Of a stretch of DNA of 64,000 nt, positions 27,074-35,819 are shown piece after piece (position 1 is the first letter of the stretch; every line of letters begins with the position of its first letter). The position numbers and the translations under genes were made by a program. This stretch comes from a bacterium (GTDB lineage: Bacteria; Patescibacteriota; Minisyncoccia; UBA6257; 02-FULL-45-10c). Below the pieces are notes generated by a model, which was not told where the DNA came from, did not search any database, and worked only from the letters and a program-made list of their open reading frames with translations. The stretch is from positions 2,748 to 66,747 of the forward strand of contig JAUYKI010000017.1 in NCBI GenBank assembly GCA_030700025.1. Reading direction: 5' to 3'.

Positions 27074-27147
27074 ATCCCGCTTAGAAGCAGGCCGCCCCAA
27101 GGTGGCTGTAGCCACTCGCTAAAAGCGAGGGCGGCTTCTAACGGGAT
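27074..27147. repeat. Compact hairpin member of the CCCGTTAGA family
   Basis: ATCCCGcTTAGAAGC..GCCGCCC pairs with GGGCGGCTTCTAACGGGAT. Two small apical hairpins. Starts right after the stop codon. Confidence 0.65.
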
Positions 27148-27280
27148 AAACAAACACTCCGCATAGCGGGGTGTTTTACTTTGGCTTGTCCTGCCTGCCC
27201 TGAGTCGTATCGAAGGGAGTTTGCTGGCAGTGAGCTTGTCGAATCTGCCGAAGGGGCTTGCGTTGAGCAAGGTCGAAGTG

Positions 27281-27351
27281 TGGACCTAAGGAGAATCGAA
27301 CTCCTACCTCTTCCATGCCATGGAAGCGTAATGCCACTTTACTATAGGCCC
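27281..27351 (-). tRNA. tRNA-Ala (anticodon GGC)
   Basis: Manual cloverleaf with a G3-U70 pair, anticodon loop ATGGCAT and T-loop TTCGATT. Confidence 0.85.
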
Positions 27352-27398
27352 AAAATTAACTATTAACTTATAACCGATAATTTATAACTTTTCAAACC

Positions 27399-27473
27399 TG
27401 GTGTCCCCGGACTGAATCGAACAGTCATCCACTCCTTAGGACGGAGTTGTTCTATCCATTGAACTACGGGGAC
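27399..27473 (-). tRNA. tRNA-Arg (anticodon CCU)
   Basis: Manual cloverleaf with anticodon loop GTCCTAA and an encoded CCA. Confidence 0.85.
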
Positions 27474-27766
27474 GTTTTTCTTTATCCACAAGGCTTACTT
27501 TACAATGTTTGGCGGTAATTTGCTATAATAGTTTCTAGTTGTGTCGCGTCCATAAAAGGGTTTTTGTTGTTTCTTAGAACCCGGTTGTGAGGACTGGATT
27601 TTGAGAAAGGCAGGTTTGTTTCAAAAAATAAGAATCGAGTGGCGGGTCGAATATTATTTATATAATTTAATTCACCGCGCCCAAGCATTCTTTTTCAAAA
27701 ACAAAACGGAAAGTCTTATGAGCCCTCCGCGGAGTCATAAGACTTGCCAGCCCTTTTATGGGCGTA

Positions 27767-28041
27767 GGGGTCTGTCATAAAATTACTGGCTTAATTTGGA
27801 GGCCTGGATTTGAGACAGGTACGAGACGCGACGACGACAACGTGTCTGAATGAAGGACACGTTGAGGAGGAGTAACGAAGTAGCTGGCCAAAGATAGGCC
27901 TCCCCGAAGGGCCAAAGCATTTTATGGGCTGCGACTGCGTCACTCGTCGTCAATGTAGCTAAAGCTACAATCTCCTCCTCGTTTCTTGTCTCGCTCCAAA
28001 AATGCTATGGTAAATAAGTCATTAATTTTATGACAGACCCC
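27767..28041 (+). ncRNA. Candidate structured element, ~280-nt family, copy 3
   Basis: P1 pairs 27767-27785 with 28023-28041 (19/19, sequence unrelated to copies 1 and 2). P2 pairs 27798-27805 with 27896-27903. P3 pairs 27916-27923 with 27999-28006. Hairpins at 27839-27863 and 27954-27969. Core TGAGGAGGAGTAACGAAG at 27863-27880. Confidence 0.5.
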
Positions 28042-28151
28042 AGTATGGTATAGTTTAAGTAAGCATTATAAACAAGAACCTATTGAAATGGGTTCGGGCA
28101 ATCGATTTGATAAGGTCGCGATTAGCTCAATTCTAATTTTTCAAAAAAACT

Positions 28152-28400
28152 ATGGCAAATTCTGCATTTATGAAGCCGTTGAAAGTTAGCTCGGACTTAG
28201 CCGCGGTAGTCGGCAATGGCCCAATGCCTCGGAGCGAAGTTGTAAAGAAGCTCTGGGTATACATCAAAAAGAACAACCTTCAAGATCCTACAAATAAGCG
28301 CAACATCAACGCCGACGCGAACTTGAAAAAAGTTTTTGGCGGAAAGTCAGTTGTGAACATGTTTGAAATGACCAAATTGGTTTCCAAGCATCTTTCTTAA
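28152..28400 (+). CDS. SWIB/MDM2 domain protein
   Basis: 82 aa. ...PRSEVVKKLWVYIKKNNLQDP..KRNI..D..L..VFG... matches the SWIB pattern. Confidence 0.8.
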   Translation: MANSAFMKPLKVSSDLAAVVGNGPMPRSEVVKKLWVYIKKNNLQDPTNKRNINADANLKKVFGGKSVVNMFEMTKLVSKHLS

Positions 28401-28514
28401 TTGATTAAGAAATAAAAAATCCGGTCGCCTTAGGCGGCGGGATTTTTTATTTGGGGCATGATATAATGCAGTTAAAGCCCAAAGGTCTGACAATTAAATT
28501 AAGAATTTAATTTC

Positions 28515-28673
28515 ATGGAAGGATATTGTGTAAAGTGCAAAGCGAAAAGAGAAATGAAAGACGCCAAAGAGGTTGAAATGAAAGGAAAGGGCGGCAAGCC
28601 CAGGATGGCAATGACCGGCGTTTGCCCAGTTTGCGGCACTAAAATGTTTCGCATCATGGGCGCCAAGAAATAA
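28515..28673 (+). CDS. Small zinc-ribbon protein (DUF5679-like)
   Basis: 52 aa, MEGYCVKCKAKREM...GVCPVCGTKMFRIMG, with two CxxC pairs and a terminator downstream. The antisense 73-aa track ORF is rejected. Confidence 0.7.
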   Translation: MEGYCVKCKAKREMKDAKEVEMKGKGGKPRMAMTGVCPVCGTKMFRIMGAKK

Positions 28674-28705
28674 TTTATCTTCTCCAGCTTGGTAAGATAT
28701 CTAAC

Positions 28706-28735
28706 AAAAAATCTGGTCAAAAGCCGGATTTTTTG
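28706..28735 (+). terminator. Intrinsic terminator
   Basis: ATCTGG/CCGGAT stem followed by TTTTTT. Confidence 0.55.
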
Positions 28736-28813
28736 TTAGATTCTAGATTAGAGTAGGGCTAAATCTCACGAAGCGAGATCGCCCGAACATTTTATTGAAA
28801 TAAAATGTTTTAG

Positions 28814-28900
28814 GGAAGCGTGCCAGAGCGGTTGAATGGGCCGCACTCGAAATGCGGTATGCCCGAAAGGGCATCGAAGGTTCGAATCCTTCCGCTTCCG
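28814..28900 (+). tRNA. tRNA-Ser (anticodon CGA)
   Basis: Near-identical to the tRNA at 24823-24909, apart from the anticodon and a compensated variable arm. Confidence 0.9.
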
Positions 28901-28957
28901 CAATTTTTAAATTGAGGTTGTTTTTATTTGTTAATCGTGGTATTTATATAGAGCTTT

Positions 28958-30130
28958 TTGAAAACTGATAAAAAGGCGGTTACGATGGAACCGAAAAAGG
29001 GCTTGCGTGATGTTCCGGCCGGACAGACCCGGCTTTGCTTGTTGGATGAAGCCAACAGCGAACTTTATTATTGCGGTTATTCTATCAGGGATTTAGTTGA
29101 GCATTATCCCTATGAAGCCGTGGCTTATTTGATGCTTCACGGCGAATTGCCTTCCGAGTCGGAATTAAAAATTTTCACCCGTCGCCTGGTGAATAACGCA
29201 TGGAATATGCCTCAAGTGGTAGTTAAGAGTTTGGAGTTAAAAACTCCATTCACTGATGCCCATCCGATGGATAAATTGTCACTGATAATCCGGGCTGACG
29301 GCAATACTCACGGCATTCCGTTTTCTACGCCATCGTTAGAGAATAATTTGGACTTAGCGAAATCTTTGATTGCCCGGTTGCCTTTAATGGTTGCTTTGCT
29401 GGGCGGCGCTAGCCGGAATTATTTTGACTATTTTGATCCAGACCGCACGCTGATGGAAAATTTTGTAGATTCTTTGCGGATCCCGAACGAAGGCGGTTTG
29501 GCAACGAAATTAATGAATGTCGCGTTTATTCTTTACGCGGAACATGAATTCAACGCCGGGTCTTTCGCGGTTCGGGTGGCAGCCAGCGCGCACACCGATA
29601 TTTATTCCGCGGTTTTGGGAGGATTAGGAACTTTGCGCGGTACTCGCCACGGCGGAGCCAATGAAGAAGTAATGAAGAAGATGCTGGAAATCGGAACACC
29701 GGAAAAAACGCGCGAATATTGCGACCGATTTTTGTCTCAGCCGGGAGCGCGCTTGCCGGGATTTGGCCACGCGGTTTATACCATCGGCGATCCGCGGGTA
29801 GCGGTTCTCCGCCCGCTGGTAAAAGATTTGTCGGTCCGAAAGAACGATATGCGCTGGTATGAAATTGCTGTCGCGCTGGAAGAATATATGGCGGAGCGTT
29901 CTCGGGGAAAGTCTAAGCCCTTGCCGGCTAACACTGACCTTTGGACGGCGCCGTTATATCACTTGCTGGGCATCCCGATTCGTCTTTTCACCCCGCTTTT
30001 CGCCGCCTCCCGGGTTTCCGGCTGGTGCGGACATTATTTGGAAGTGCGGCATGTTTACAACGAACCGATTCTTCGGCCGCGCGCCGAATATGTCGGATCC
30101 GCTCCTCGGAAAGTAATCCCTCACTCTTGA
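28958..30130 (+). CDS. Citrate synthase family protein (citrate/2-methylcitrate synthase-like)
   Basis: GFGHAVYTIGDPR active-site region. Start uncertain (TTG 28958 or ATG 28985). The last 4 codons lie in a repeat arm. Confidence 0.85.
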   Translation: MKTDKKAVTMEPKKGLRDVPAGQTRLCLLDEANSELYYCGYSIRDLVEHYPYEAVAYLMLHGELPSESELKIFTRRLVNNAWNMPQVVVKSLELKTPFTDAHPMDKLSLIIRADGNTHGIPFSTPSLENNLDLAKSLIARLPLMVALLGGASRNYFDYFDPDRTLMENFVDSLRIPNEGGLATKLMNVAFILYAEHEFNAGSFAVRVAASAHTDIYSAVLGGLGTLRGTRHGGANEEVMKKMLEIGTPEKTREYCDRFLSQPGARLPGFGHAVYTIGDPRVAVLRPLVKDLSVRKNDMRWYEIAVALEEYMAERSRGKSKPLPANTDLWTAPLYHLLGIPIRLFTPLFAASRVSGWCGHYLEVRHVYNEPILRPRAEYVGSAPRKVIPHS

Positions 30131-30191
30131 AAGAATTAACCTCGCTTATAGCGAGGTTTTTTATAGCAACGTTATTTCAAAAGTGAGGGAT
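30116..30191. repeat. Inverted-repeat cassette, CCCTCAC family
   Basis: ATCCCTCACTCTTGAAA pairs with TTTCAAAAGTGAGGGAT (16/17). The interior holds a CCTCGC/GCGAGG terminator with a T-run. Confidence 0.7.
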
Positions 30192-30269
30192 TTATTTTGA
30201 AGTTGATTTTTATGGAATTTAGCATTAAACTATTCTCGTTCTTTAATAACGAGGTATGGAGGATGAAAC

Positions 30270-31586
30270 ATGTTGACTACTAAAAATCTGCTGAATCACT
30301 TAGTAAATTTTTCTCATGACCTCAAATACAAAGATCTGCCGCCGGAAGTTGTCCACGAAGCTAAGCGGCGCTTAATTGATTCTATGGCCTGCGCGATAGC
30401 TGGCTCGCATGATCCGGCCACGCTTTTACTTGCTAAAAACTCTTGCGAATCCATGGAAGAGAAAGCCTTCAGATTTACGCATTTAATCCGCGTACTGGAT
30501 TGGAACGATACCTATCTTTCCAAAGAGCCGGCTCATCCTTCTGATAATATCGGCGCCCTGCTCGCGCTTTGTAACTATGGCATTTCCGGAGAAGATTTTA
30601 TTACCGCCATGGTGCTGGCTTATGAAATCCAGTGCCGGTTCTGCGACGCGGCTTCGCTCCGTAAAAATGGCTGGGACCACGTTGCTTACGTTTCGTTAGC
30701 CACTGCGTTTGCCACGGCAAAAATCCTGAAACTCAACCGCGAAAAAATGACCCATGCCGCTTCGCTGGCTCTCCGCTGGATTCCGCTTCGCCAAGTGCGC
30801 GCCGGATCGGACCTTTCAATGTCAAAGGGGCTTTCGGCGGCAGAAGCGGTAAAATTCGGCGTTCATTCAGCTCAATTAGCTAATTGCGGAATTACCGGCC
30901 CAAGCGAAATGATGGAAGGACAATTTGGATTTATTAATCAAGCAACCGGCGAGCTGGATTTTTCCGCCTTTACTTCACTCGGTTCGGAATTCAAAATTCT
31001 GAAAACCCACATTAAACTTTATCCGGTGGAATACCATGCCCAAGCCGCAGTGGATGTGGCTCTGCAAATCCGAAAAACACTAAATGGACGAGTGGAGAAC
31101 ATTACTCGCCTTGACCTTGAATCCTATGAAGCATGCCGAGCCATTATTGCCGACAAAAACAAACGCCGGCCAGCCACTAAAGAATCTGCTGACCATTCCC
31201 TGTTTTATATCATGGCAGTTACTCTTTTAGACGGAGAAATGACCTTGAAGCAATACGCACCCGAAAGATACAATGATCCGGCAGTACTTCAGCTGATTGA
31301 TAAAATGAGCGACGTTCAAGAAACGCCAAAATTTAATGAAGCTTATCTCAATCGAGAAAAACCCGCTTTTCCGCTTCGTTGCAAAGTTATTGGCTACCCC
31401 ATTCCATATACGGTAGAGGTTGAATTTCCCAAGGGCCACTTTGCAAATCCTTTAACCGACGATGAATTAGTTGAAAAGTTTAAGGCCCTAACTAGCCAAG
31501 ATATAAATCCAGTTTCATTAAAATCGGGCCTGGAATATCTTTGGCACTTGGAAGACGAACCGCGCCTCGCTCCTGTAAAATTTTAA
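30270..31586 (+). CDS. MmgE/PrpD family protein (2-methylcitrate dehydratase-like)
   Basis: 438 aa with a PrpD-like pattern throughout and GGAGG upstream. Confidence 0.8.
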   Translation: MLTTKNLLNHLVNFSHDLKYKDLPPEVVHEAKRRLIDSMACAIAGSHDPATLLLAKNSCESMEEKAFRFTHLIRVLDWNDTYLSKEPAHPSDNIGALLALCNYGISGEDFITAMVLAYEIQCRFCDAASLRKNGWDHVAYVSLATAFATAKILKLNREKMTHAASLALRWIPLRQVRAGSDLSMSKGLSAAEAVKFGVHSAQLANCGITGPSEMMEGQFGFINQATGELDFSAFTSLGSEFKILKTHIKLYPVEYHAQAAVDVALQIRKTLNGRVENITRLDLESYEACRAIIADKNKRRPATKESADHSLFYIMAVTLLDGEMTLKQYAPERYNDPAVLQLIDKMSDVQETPKFNEAYLNREKPAFPLRCKVIGYPIPYTVEVEFPKGHFANPLTDDELVEKFKALTSQDINPVSLKSGLEYLWHLEDEPRLAPVKF

Positions 31587-31677
31587 TCTCCACCTTAAGT
31601 GGAGATCTTTTTCTTTTGTTTAAAGAAAACCTCGTAATATAAAAAAGCCACGACCCCAAGGTCGTGGTATTTTAATT

Positions 31678-32871
31678 TTATTTATCTTTTTTCTTTTCGC
31701 GGACTAACGGCAGAGCCAGCCACATCAGAGCGGTCAGTATGGCGGATAAGATTACCAGATTTGGATAGCCGATTTGTTCATAAAGTTTTGCTCCGGCAAG
31801 AGAGCCCAGCCGGCCGGCAAAATTGTAAAGCGACATCAAGAGGGCAAATACTATAGCTTCGGCATACTTCGGGCAAGCTTTGGCGGCAATGGTCAGCGTC
31901 CCCAGGAATCCGGCAATCGTTATAATCGGGTTCAGCGCGGAAATGATGTAAGCGCTCGTGGCATCGCGGTAGAAATAGAACATCAGATTGCCGATTACTC
32001 CAGTGATAATAATAGAGCGAATTAAGATTTCGTAGCTGATTCGCTTGGAATATATTCCGTACAGGAAAGTGCCGATAACAAAGGCGATGCTCCCAACTGT
32101 TTCAATGTTGCCGATTAAAACATCGGAAAACTTCAAAACATCTTTTTGATAATAGTAGAAAGTTTCTCCCAAGTGCGGATTACATTGGAATAGGAACAAA
32201 AAGATGGCGGCGGCCCAAAGAGTTCTGGACTTTACCGCGTCTTTCAGCCCGCCCCAAGATTGGCGCGAAGCTTCGCCGACAGAATTAACCGGTTCTTCTT
32301 TCAAGAAAAAGAAAGTAAACACCGCCATTAAAAGCGGAGCCCCAGCGGTCAGCATGATGGCGTCTTGAAGCGACCAATATTCAGCGATTCTTCCTTTGGT
32401 AGCGGCTATGAGAATTCCGGCTACTCCGCCGGCTGCCCATTGGGCGGCTTGCAAGCGATCGGTAATTTTTAACGGCTGGCCTTTTTCCACCATGACGGCG
32501 TCGCAGAGAACATCAGTGAAAGCGATTCCGATAGCGGCAATGACTAGCATTATCAGAAGCGTAGATTGGGTGAGGGGCAGAAAATAGATCGTACTATAGG
32601 CCGCGGCGGCGAGCAGGCTCATTAAGATGAAGTAGCTCTTCCGCCTTAATTTAAAAATCGGCAGAAAGTCAGAAATAATTCCGTAAAGCGGTTTAATCGT
32701 CCAAGGCAGGATAAGCATAGACATAAAGGCGGCCATTTCCGTTGGCGTGAAGTTTAGAACTTCTTTTAAATACTTTTGCAGAGATTGAATATGAAAACCC
32801 GGATTGCCTCCGGCGCCCTGCAAAAAGTAATAACCCCACATCAGGAACACTAAGTAGCGGACGCTTGCCAT
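31678..32871 (-). CDS. MFS transporter, BT1 (folate/biopterin transporter)-like
   Basis: About 12 TM segments. LPWTIKPLYGIISDFLPIFKLRRKSY resembles the BT1 signature. Confidence 0.65.
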   Translation of the reverse strand: MASVRYLVFLMWGYYFLQGAGGNPGFHIQSLQKYLKEVLNFTPTEMAAFMSMLILPWTIKPLYGIISDFLPIFKLRRKSYFILMSLLAAAAYSTIYFLPLTQSTLLIMLVIAAIGIAFTDVLCDAVMVEKGQPLKITDRLQAAQWAAGGVAGILIAATKGRIAEYWSLQDAIMLTAGAPLLMAVFTFFFLKEEPVNSVGEASRQSWGGLKDAVKSRTLWAAAIFLFLFQCNPHLGETFYYYQKDVLKFSDVLIGNIETVGSIAFVIGTFLYGIYSKRISYEILIRSIIITGVIGNLMFYFYRDATSAYIISALNPIITIAGFLGTLTIAAKACPKYAEAIVFALLMSLYNFAGRLGSLAGAKLYEQIGYPNLVILSAILTALMWLALPLVREKKKDK

Positions 32872-33060
32872 GTTGCCTCCCTAAATCAAATTTGCTTAGC
32901 AAATTTGATCGGGCGTCCCGCTTTGCGGGATTAGCCTGATTTCAAACAGCTGAGGAGATTTTAGTCGGGACTTGCTTCAAAGTCAAATTATTCTTATAAT
33001 CATTAACGGCTCATTAAAAATATCAGCGTTCTTGATGGGGCGCTAAGGAGAAAATTTACG

Positions 33061-34599
33061 ATGGGACCGGAAGAAGCAGATCAGTTAGTTCAGAAATATT
33101 TTAAGCGAAAGGGATTGCCGTTAATGCCAGCAGTTACCTTTGATGATGTTTTAGTTCGGGAAGGAATTTCCAGCATTGCTAGCCGGAGCGACATTACTAA
33201 TTTAAAGGCTCAGCTGGCAAAAGATTTTTGGCTGAATATTCCGGTAGTGTCCGCTAATATGGACACGGTTACGGATTCGCGTATGGCAATTGCTTTGGCT
33301 CGGCTGGGCGGTATGGGTTTCATCCATCAGTTCGTTTCGCTGGAAGACCGGCTGGAAGAAGTCAGCAAGGTTAAGCGGGCGGACAATATGGTGATTGAAA
33401 ATCCGGCGACCATTCGTCCGGAAGCAACTTGGGCGGAAGCGCAAGCGGTAATGGCGGAACGGGAAATTTCCTGTTTGCTGGTTACTGACGCGCAAGGAAT
33501 TTTGGCCGGCATCTTAACGTCGCGCGATACTCAATTTTGTTCCGACCCCAACGCTTTAGTTGGAGATTTAATGACTCCGAAAACCAGAGACGGACACTTT
33601 GTTTTGCAAACTGCCCGTCCGGATATTTCCAATGAAGACGCGGAAAAAATGTTAAAGCGTTCCAAGGTAGAAAAACTTCCTTTAATAGATGATGAGGGCA
33701 AGGTGGTTGGATTGATTACGGCGAAAGATATTTTAAAGCGCCGGATGTTTCCCAACGCGGCCCGGGACGAAAAGGGCCAGCTGTTAGTTGGCGCTACTTT
33801 GCGGTTCAGCGGAAATTATTTGGAAGAAGCGAAAGCGTTGATCGACGCCGGAGCGGATGTATTGCTGTTAGATACGGCGCGAGCCAGTTCTTCATCAGAG
33901 GACGGAATTTTGGCGTCGCAGTATTTAACGCCCGGGAAAATTGTGGAATTAGCCGCGGAAAGAACCGCGAAAATTAAATACGTGTTTCCAAAAATAGTTT
34001 TAGTGGTTGGTAATACTGCCAATCCGGAAGCGGTGGCGCTTCTGGCAAGCCGTGGAGCGGATTGCGTTAAAATCGGAATTGGGCCGGGAGCGGGATGTAA
34101 GACTCAGGAAGTAGCCGGAATCGGTTCGCCTCAGCTTCACGCGATCGCGCAATGCGCGGCGGTGGCCAGAGAAATCGGAGTTTGTTTAATGGCTGACGGC
34201 GGAATTAGAAATGGCGGTTGCATGGTTAAAGCGCTAGTTGGCGGAGCAAATGTGGTGATGCTGGGAAGTTTGCTGGCGGGAACCGACAAATCTCCGGGCC
34301 TGCTGGTTTGGAATCGAAAGGAAAATAAACTGGTTAAGAAATACCGCGGTTCGGCATCCACTGAACATCAGCTGGATAGGATTAAAGTTGGGGATTTGCA
34401 CGCGGTTAGAACGTCAGAGGGCGAAGCCGGAGCGGTTCCTTACATGGGCACGACGGTTTCGCTGATTGATGATCTGCTTGGCGGATTGCGGTCGGGCATG
34501 AGTTATGTCGGCGCCCATAACCTAGAAGAGCTTTGGCAGTTCGGCAGATTTGTTTGGAGAACGCAGGCCGGAATTGAAGAAGGAAGACCCCGAATATAA
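33061..34599 (+). CDS. guaB: IMP dehydrogenase family protein with CBS pair
   Basis: GIGPGAGCKTQEVAGIGSPQ catalytic-Cys loop, and a CBS pair at roughly aa 110-230. Confidence 0.85.
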   Translation: MGPEEADQLVQKYFKRKGLPLMPAVTFDDVLVREGISSIASRSDITNLKAQLAKDFWLNIPVVSANMDTVTDSRMAIALARLGGMGFIHQFVSLEDRLEEVSKVKRADNMVIENPATIRPEATWAEAQAVMAEREISCLLVTDAQGILAGILTSRDTQFCSDPNALVGDLMTPKTRDGHFVLQTARPDISNEDAEKMLKRSKVEKLPLIDDEGKVVGLITAKDILKRRMFPNAARDEKGQLLVGATLRFSGNYLEEAKALIDAGADVLLLDTARASSSSEDGILASQYLTPGKIVELAAERTAKIKYVFPKIVLVVGNTANPEAVALLASRGADCVKIGIGPGAGCKTQEVAGIGSPQLHAIAQCAAVAREIGVCLMADGGIRNGGCMVKALVGGANVVMLGSLLAGTDKSPGLLVWNRKENKLVKKYRGSASTEHQLDRIKVGDLHAVRTSEGEAGAVPYMGTTVSLIDDLLGGLRSGMSYVGAHNLEELWQFGRFVWRTQAGIEEGRPRI

Positions 34600-34711
34600 A
34601 TTTCTAATTACTAATTTCTAATTACTAATGACTAAGTTCAAAATTCAAATCCCGCAATTGCGGGATTTTTTATTTGAAAATACTTCAAAATTGATTTAAT
34701 ATATTTTCAAC

Positions 34712-34785
34712 GGGCCGTTAGCTTAGTGGCAGAGCACCCGGTTTGCATCCGGGAGATGCGAGTTCGATTCTCGCACGGTCCACCA
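34712..34785 (+). tRNA. tRNA-Ala (anticodon UGC)
   Basis: G3-U70 pair, anticodon loop TTTGCAT and an encoded CCA. Confidence 0.9.
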
Positions 34786-34787
34786 AA

Positions 34788-34827
34788 TAAAAATTCCCTC
34801 CGACGCAAGGTCGGAGGGAATTTTTAT
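34788..34827. terminator. Bidirectional intrinsic terminator
   Basis: 13-bp stem AATTCCCTCCGAC/GTCGGAGGGAATT flanked by an A-run and a T-run. Confidence 0.65.
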
Positions 34828-35597
34828 TATGAAGTCAAAGATAAATTTTTATTGAATTCTTTTCTTGGTTTGGATTTTTTGATAATCCGCAACGCTTCCG
34901 CCGGAGTGTCCACGATTGTGAAAAGATTCAAGTCCGCTTTATCAATGGCGTCAAACTTTTCATACATTTCCACTTCAAACCATTTGACCAGCGGTTCCCA
35001 GAATTTTTTCCCGTAAAGGATAATCGGAATCTTATCAGTTATTTTTTTAGTTTGGACAAGAGTAAGAATCTCAAAAAATTCGTCCAAGGTTCCGAAACCG
35101 CCCGGAAAATAAACATAGGCCTGGGCAGAGTAGGAGAGCATCACTTTTCTCACAAAGAAATAGTGAAAGGCGATGCTTTTGGAAACATAGGCGTTAATGC
35201 GCTGTTCAAACGGCAGTTTGATATTCAGGCCGATGGACTCACCCTTATTTTCAAAGGCGCCGTGGTTTCCGCCCTCCATGATTCCCGGTCCGCCGCCCGT
35301 TACTACGCCAAAGCCGTTTTTGGCCAATAAGCCTCCCAATTTTCTGGCCTCTTCATACCAGCGGCTTCCTTCTGGAAATCGGGCGGAACCGAAAATAGTG
35401 ACGGTTTTTTTGAAGTCGGCCAAAAATTGCCAGCCGTCCACAAACTCGGACATAATGCGCAACACTCTCCAGTGGAAGGAAGACCGGAAGTCGGTTGGAT
35501 GCCGCCGGACATCTATCGGCAGTTTAGATGCCGGCAGATTCAAGTGCCCCCTTTTGGAATTATTATTTTTCCCGTTTTTATTCTTTTTCTTAAGCAT
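34827..35597 (-). CDS. LOG family (TIGR00730) nucleotide phosphoribohydrolase-like protein
   Basis: Motifs GGGPGIMEG and PGGFGTLDE. Confidence 0.85.
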   Translation of the reverse strand: MLKKKNKNGKNNNSKRGHLNLPASKLPIDVRRHPTDFRSSFHWRVLRIMSEFVDGWQFLADFKKTVTIFGSARFPEGSRWYEEARKLGGLLAKNGFGVVTGGGPGIMEGGNHGAFENKGESIGLNIKLPFEQRINAYVSKSIAFHYFFVRKVMLSYSAQAYVYFPGGFGTLDEFFEILTLVQTKKITDKIPIILYGKKFWEPLVKWFEVEMYEKFDAIDKADLNLFTIVDTPAEALRIIKKSKPRKEFNKNLSLTS

Positions 35598-35776
35598 TTA
35601 TTAAGTATATCAGATATGACAAGAACTACGGAACTAATAACTATTAACCAATGACTAATTGACTTTATCCCAAAATGATATATAATATCCCCAAGCATCA
35701 GATACTTCGGTATTTGATGCGGTTCGTTGAAAAAGAAAACCAATTCAGCCGCTAATCCCGGCTGAGCGGAACAGGG

Positions 35777-35819
35777 GTCCTAAATCCGCTAAGCGCGGAT
35801 CGGACAAGGAGAGAGAAAG
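35777..35819 (+). promoter_or_regulatory. Conserved 5' leader hairpin next to the Shine-Dalgarno (copy A)
   Basis: GTCC-taa-ATCCGC-taagc-GCGGAT-c-GGAC followed by AAGGAG. Near-identical motif at 55321-55363. Confidence 0.45.

Noticed and set aside
27004-27366. Track ORFs 27004-27270 (-) and 27181-27366 (+).
   Set aside because: They overlap the cassette hairpin, a TTCGACAAGCTCA repeat word and the tRNA-Ala gene. Their translations are the typical repeat-derived 'FDKLTA/SGQA'-style artefacts.
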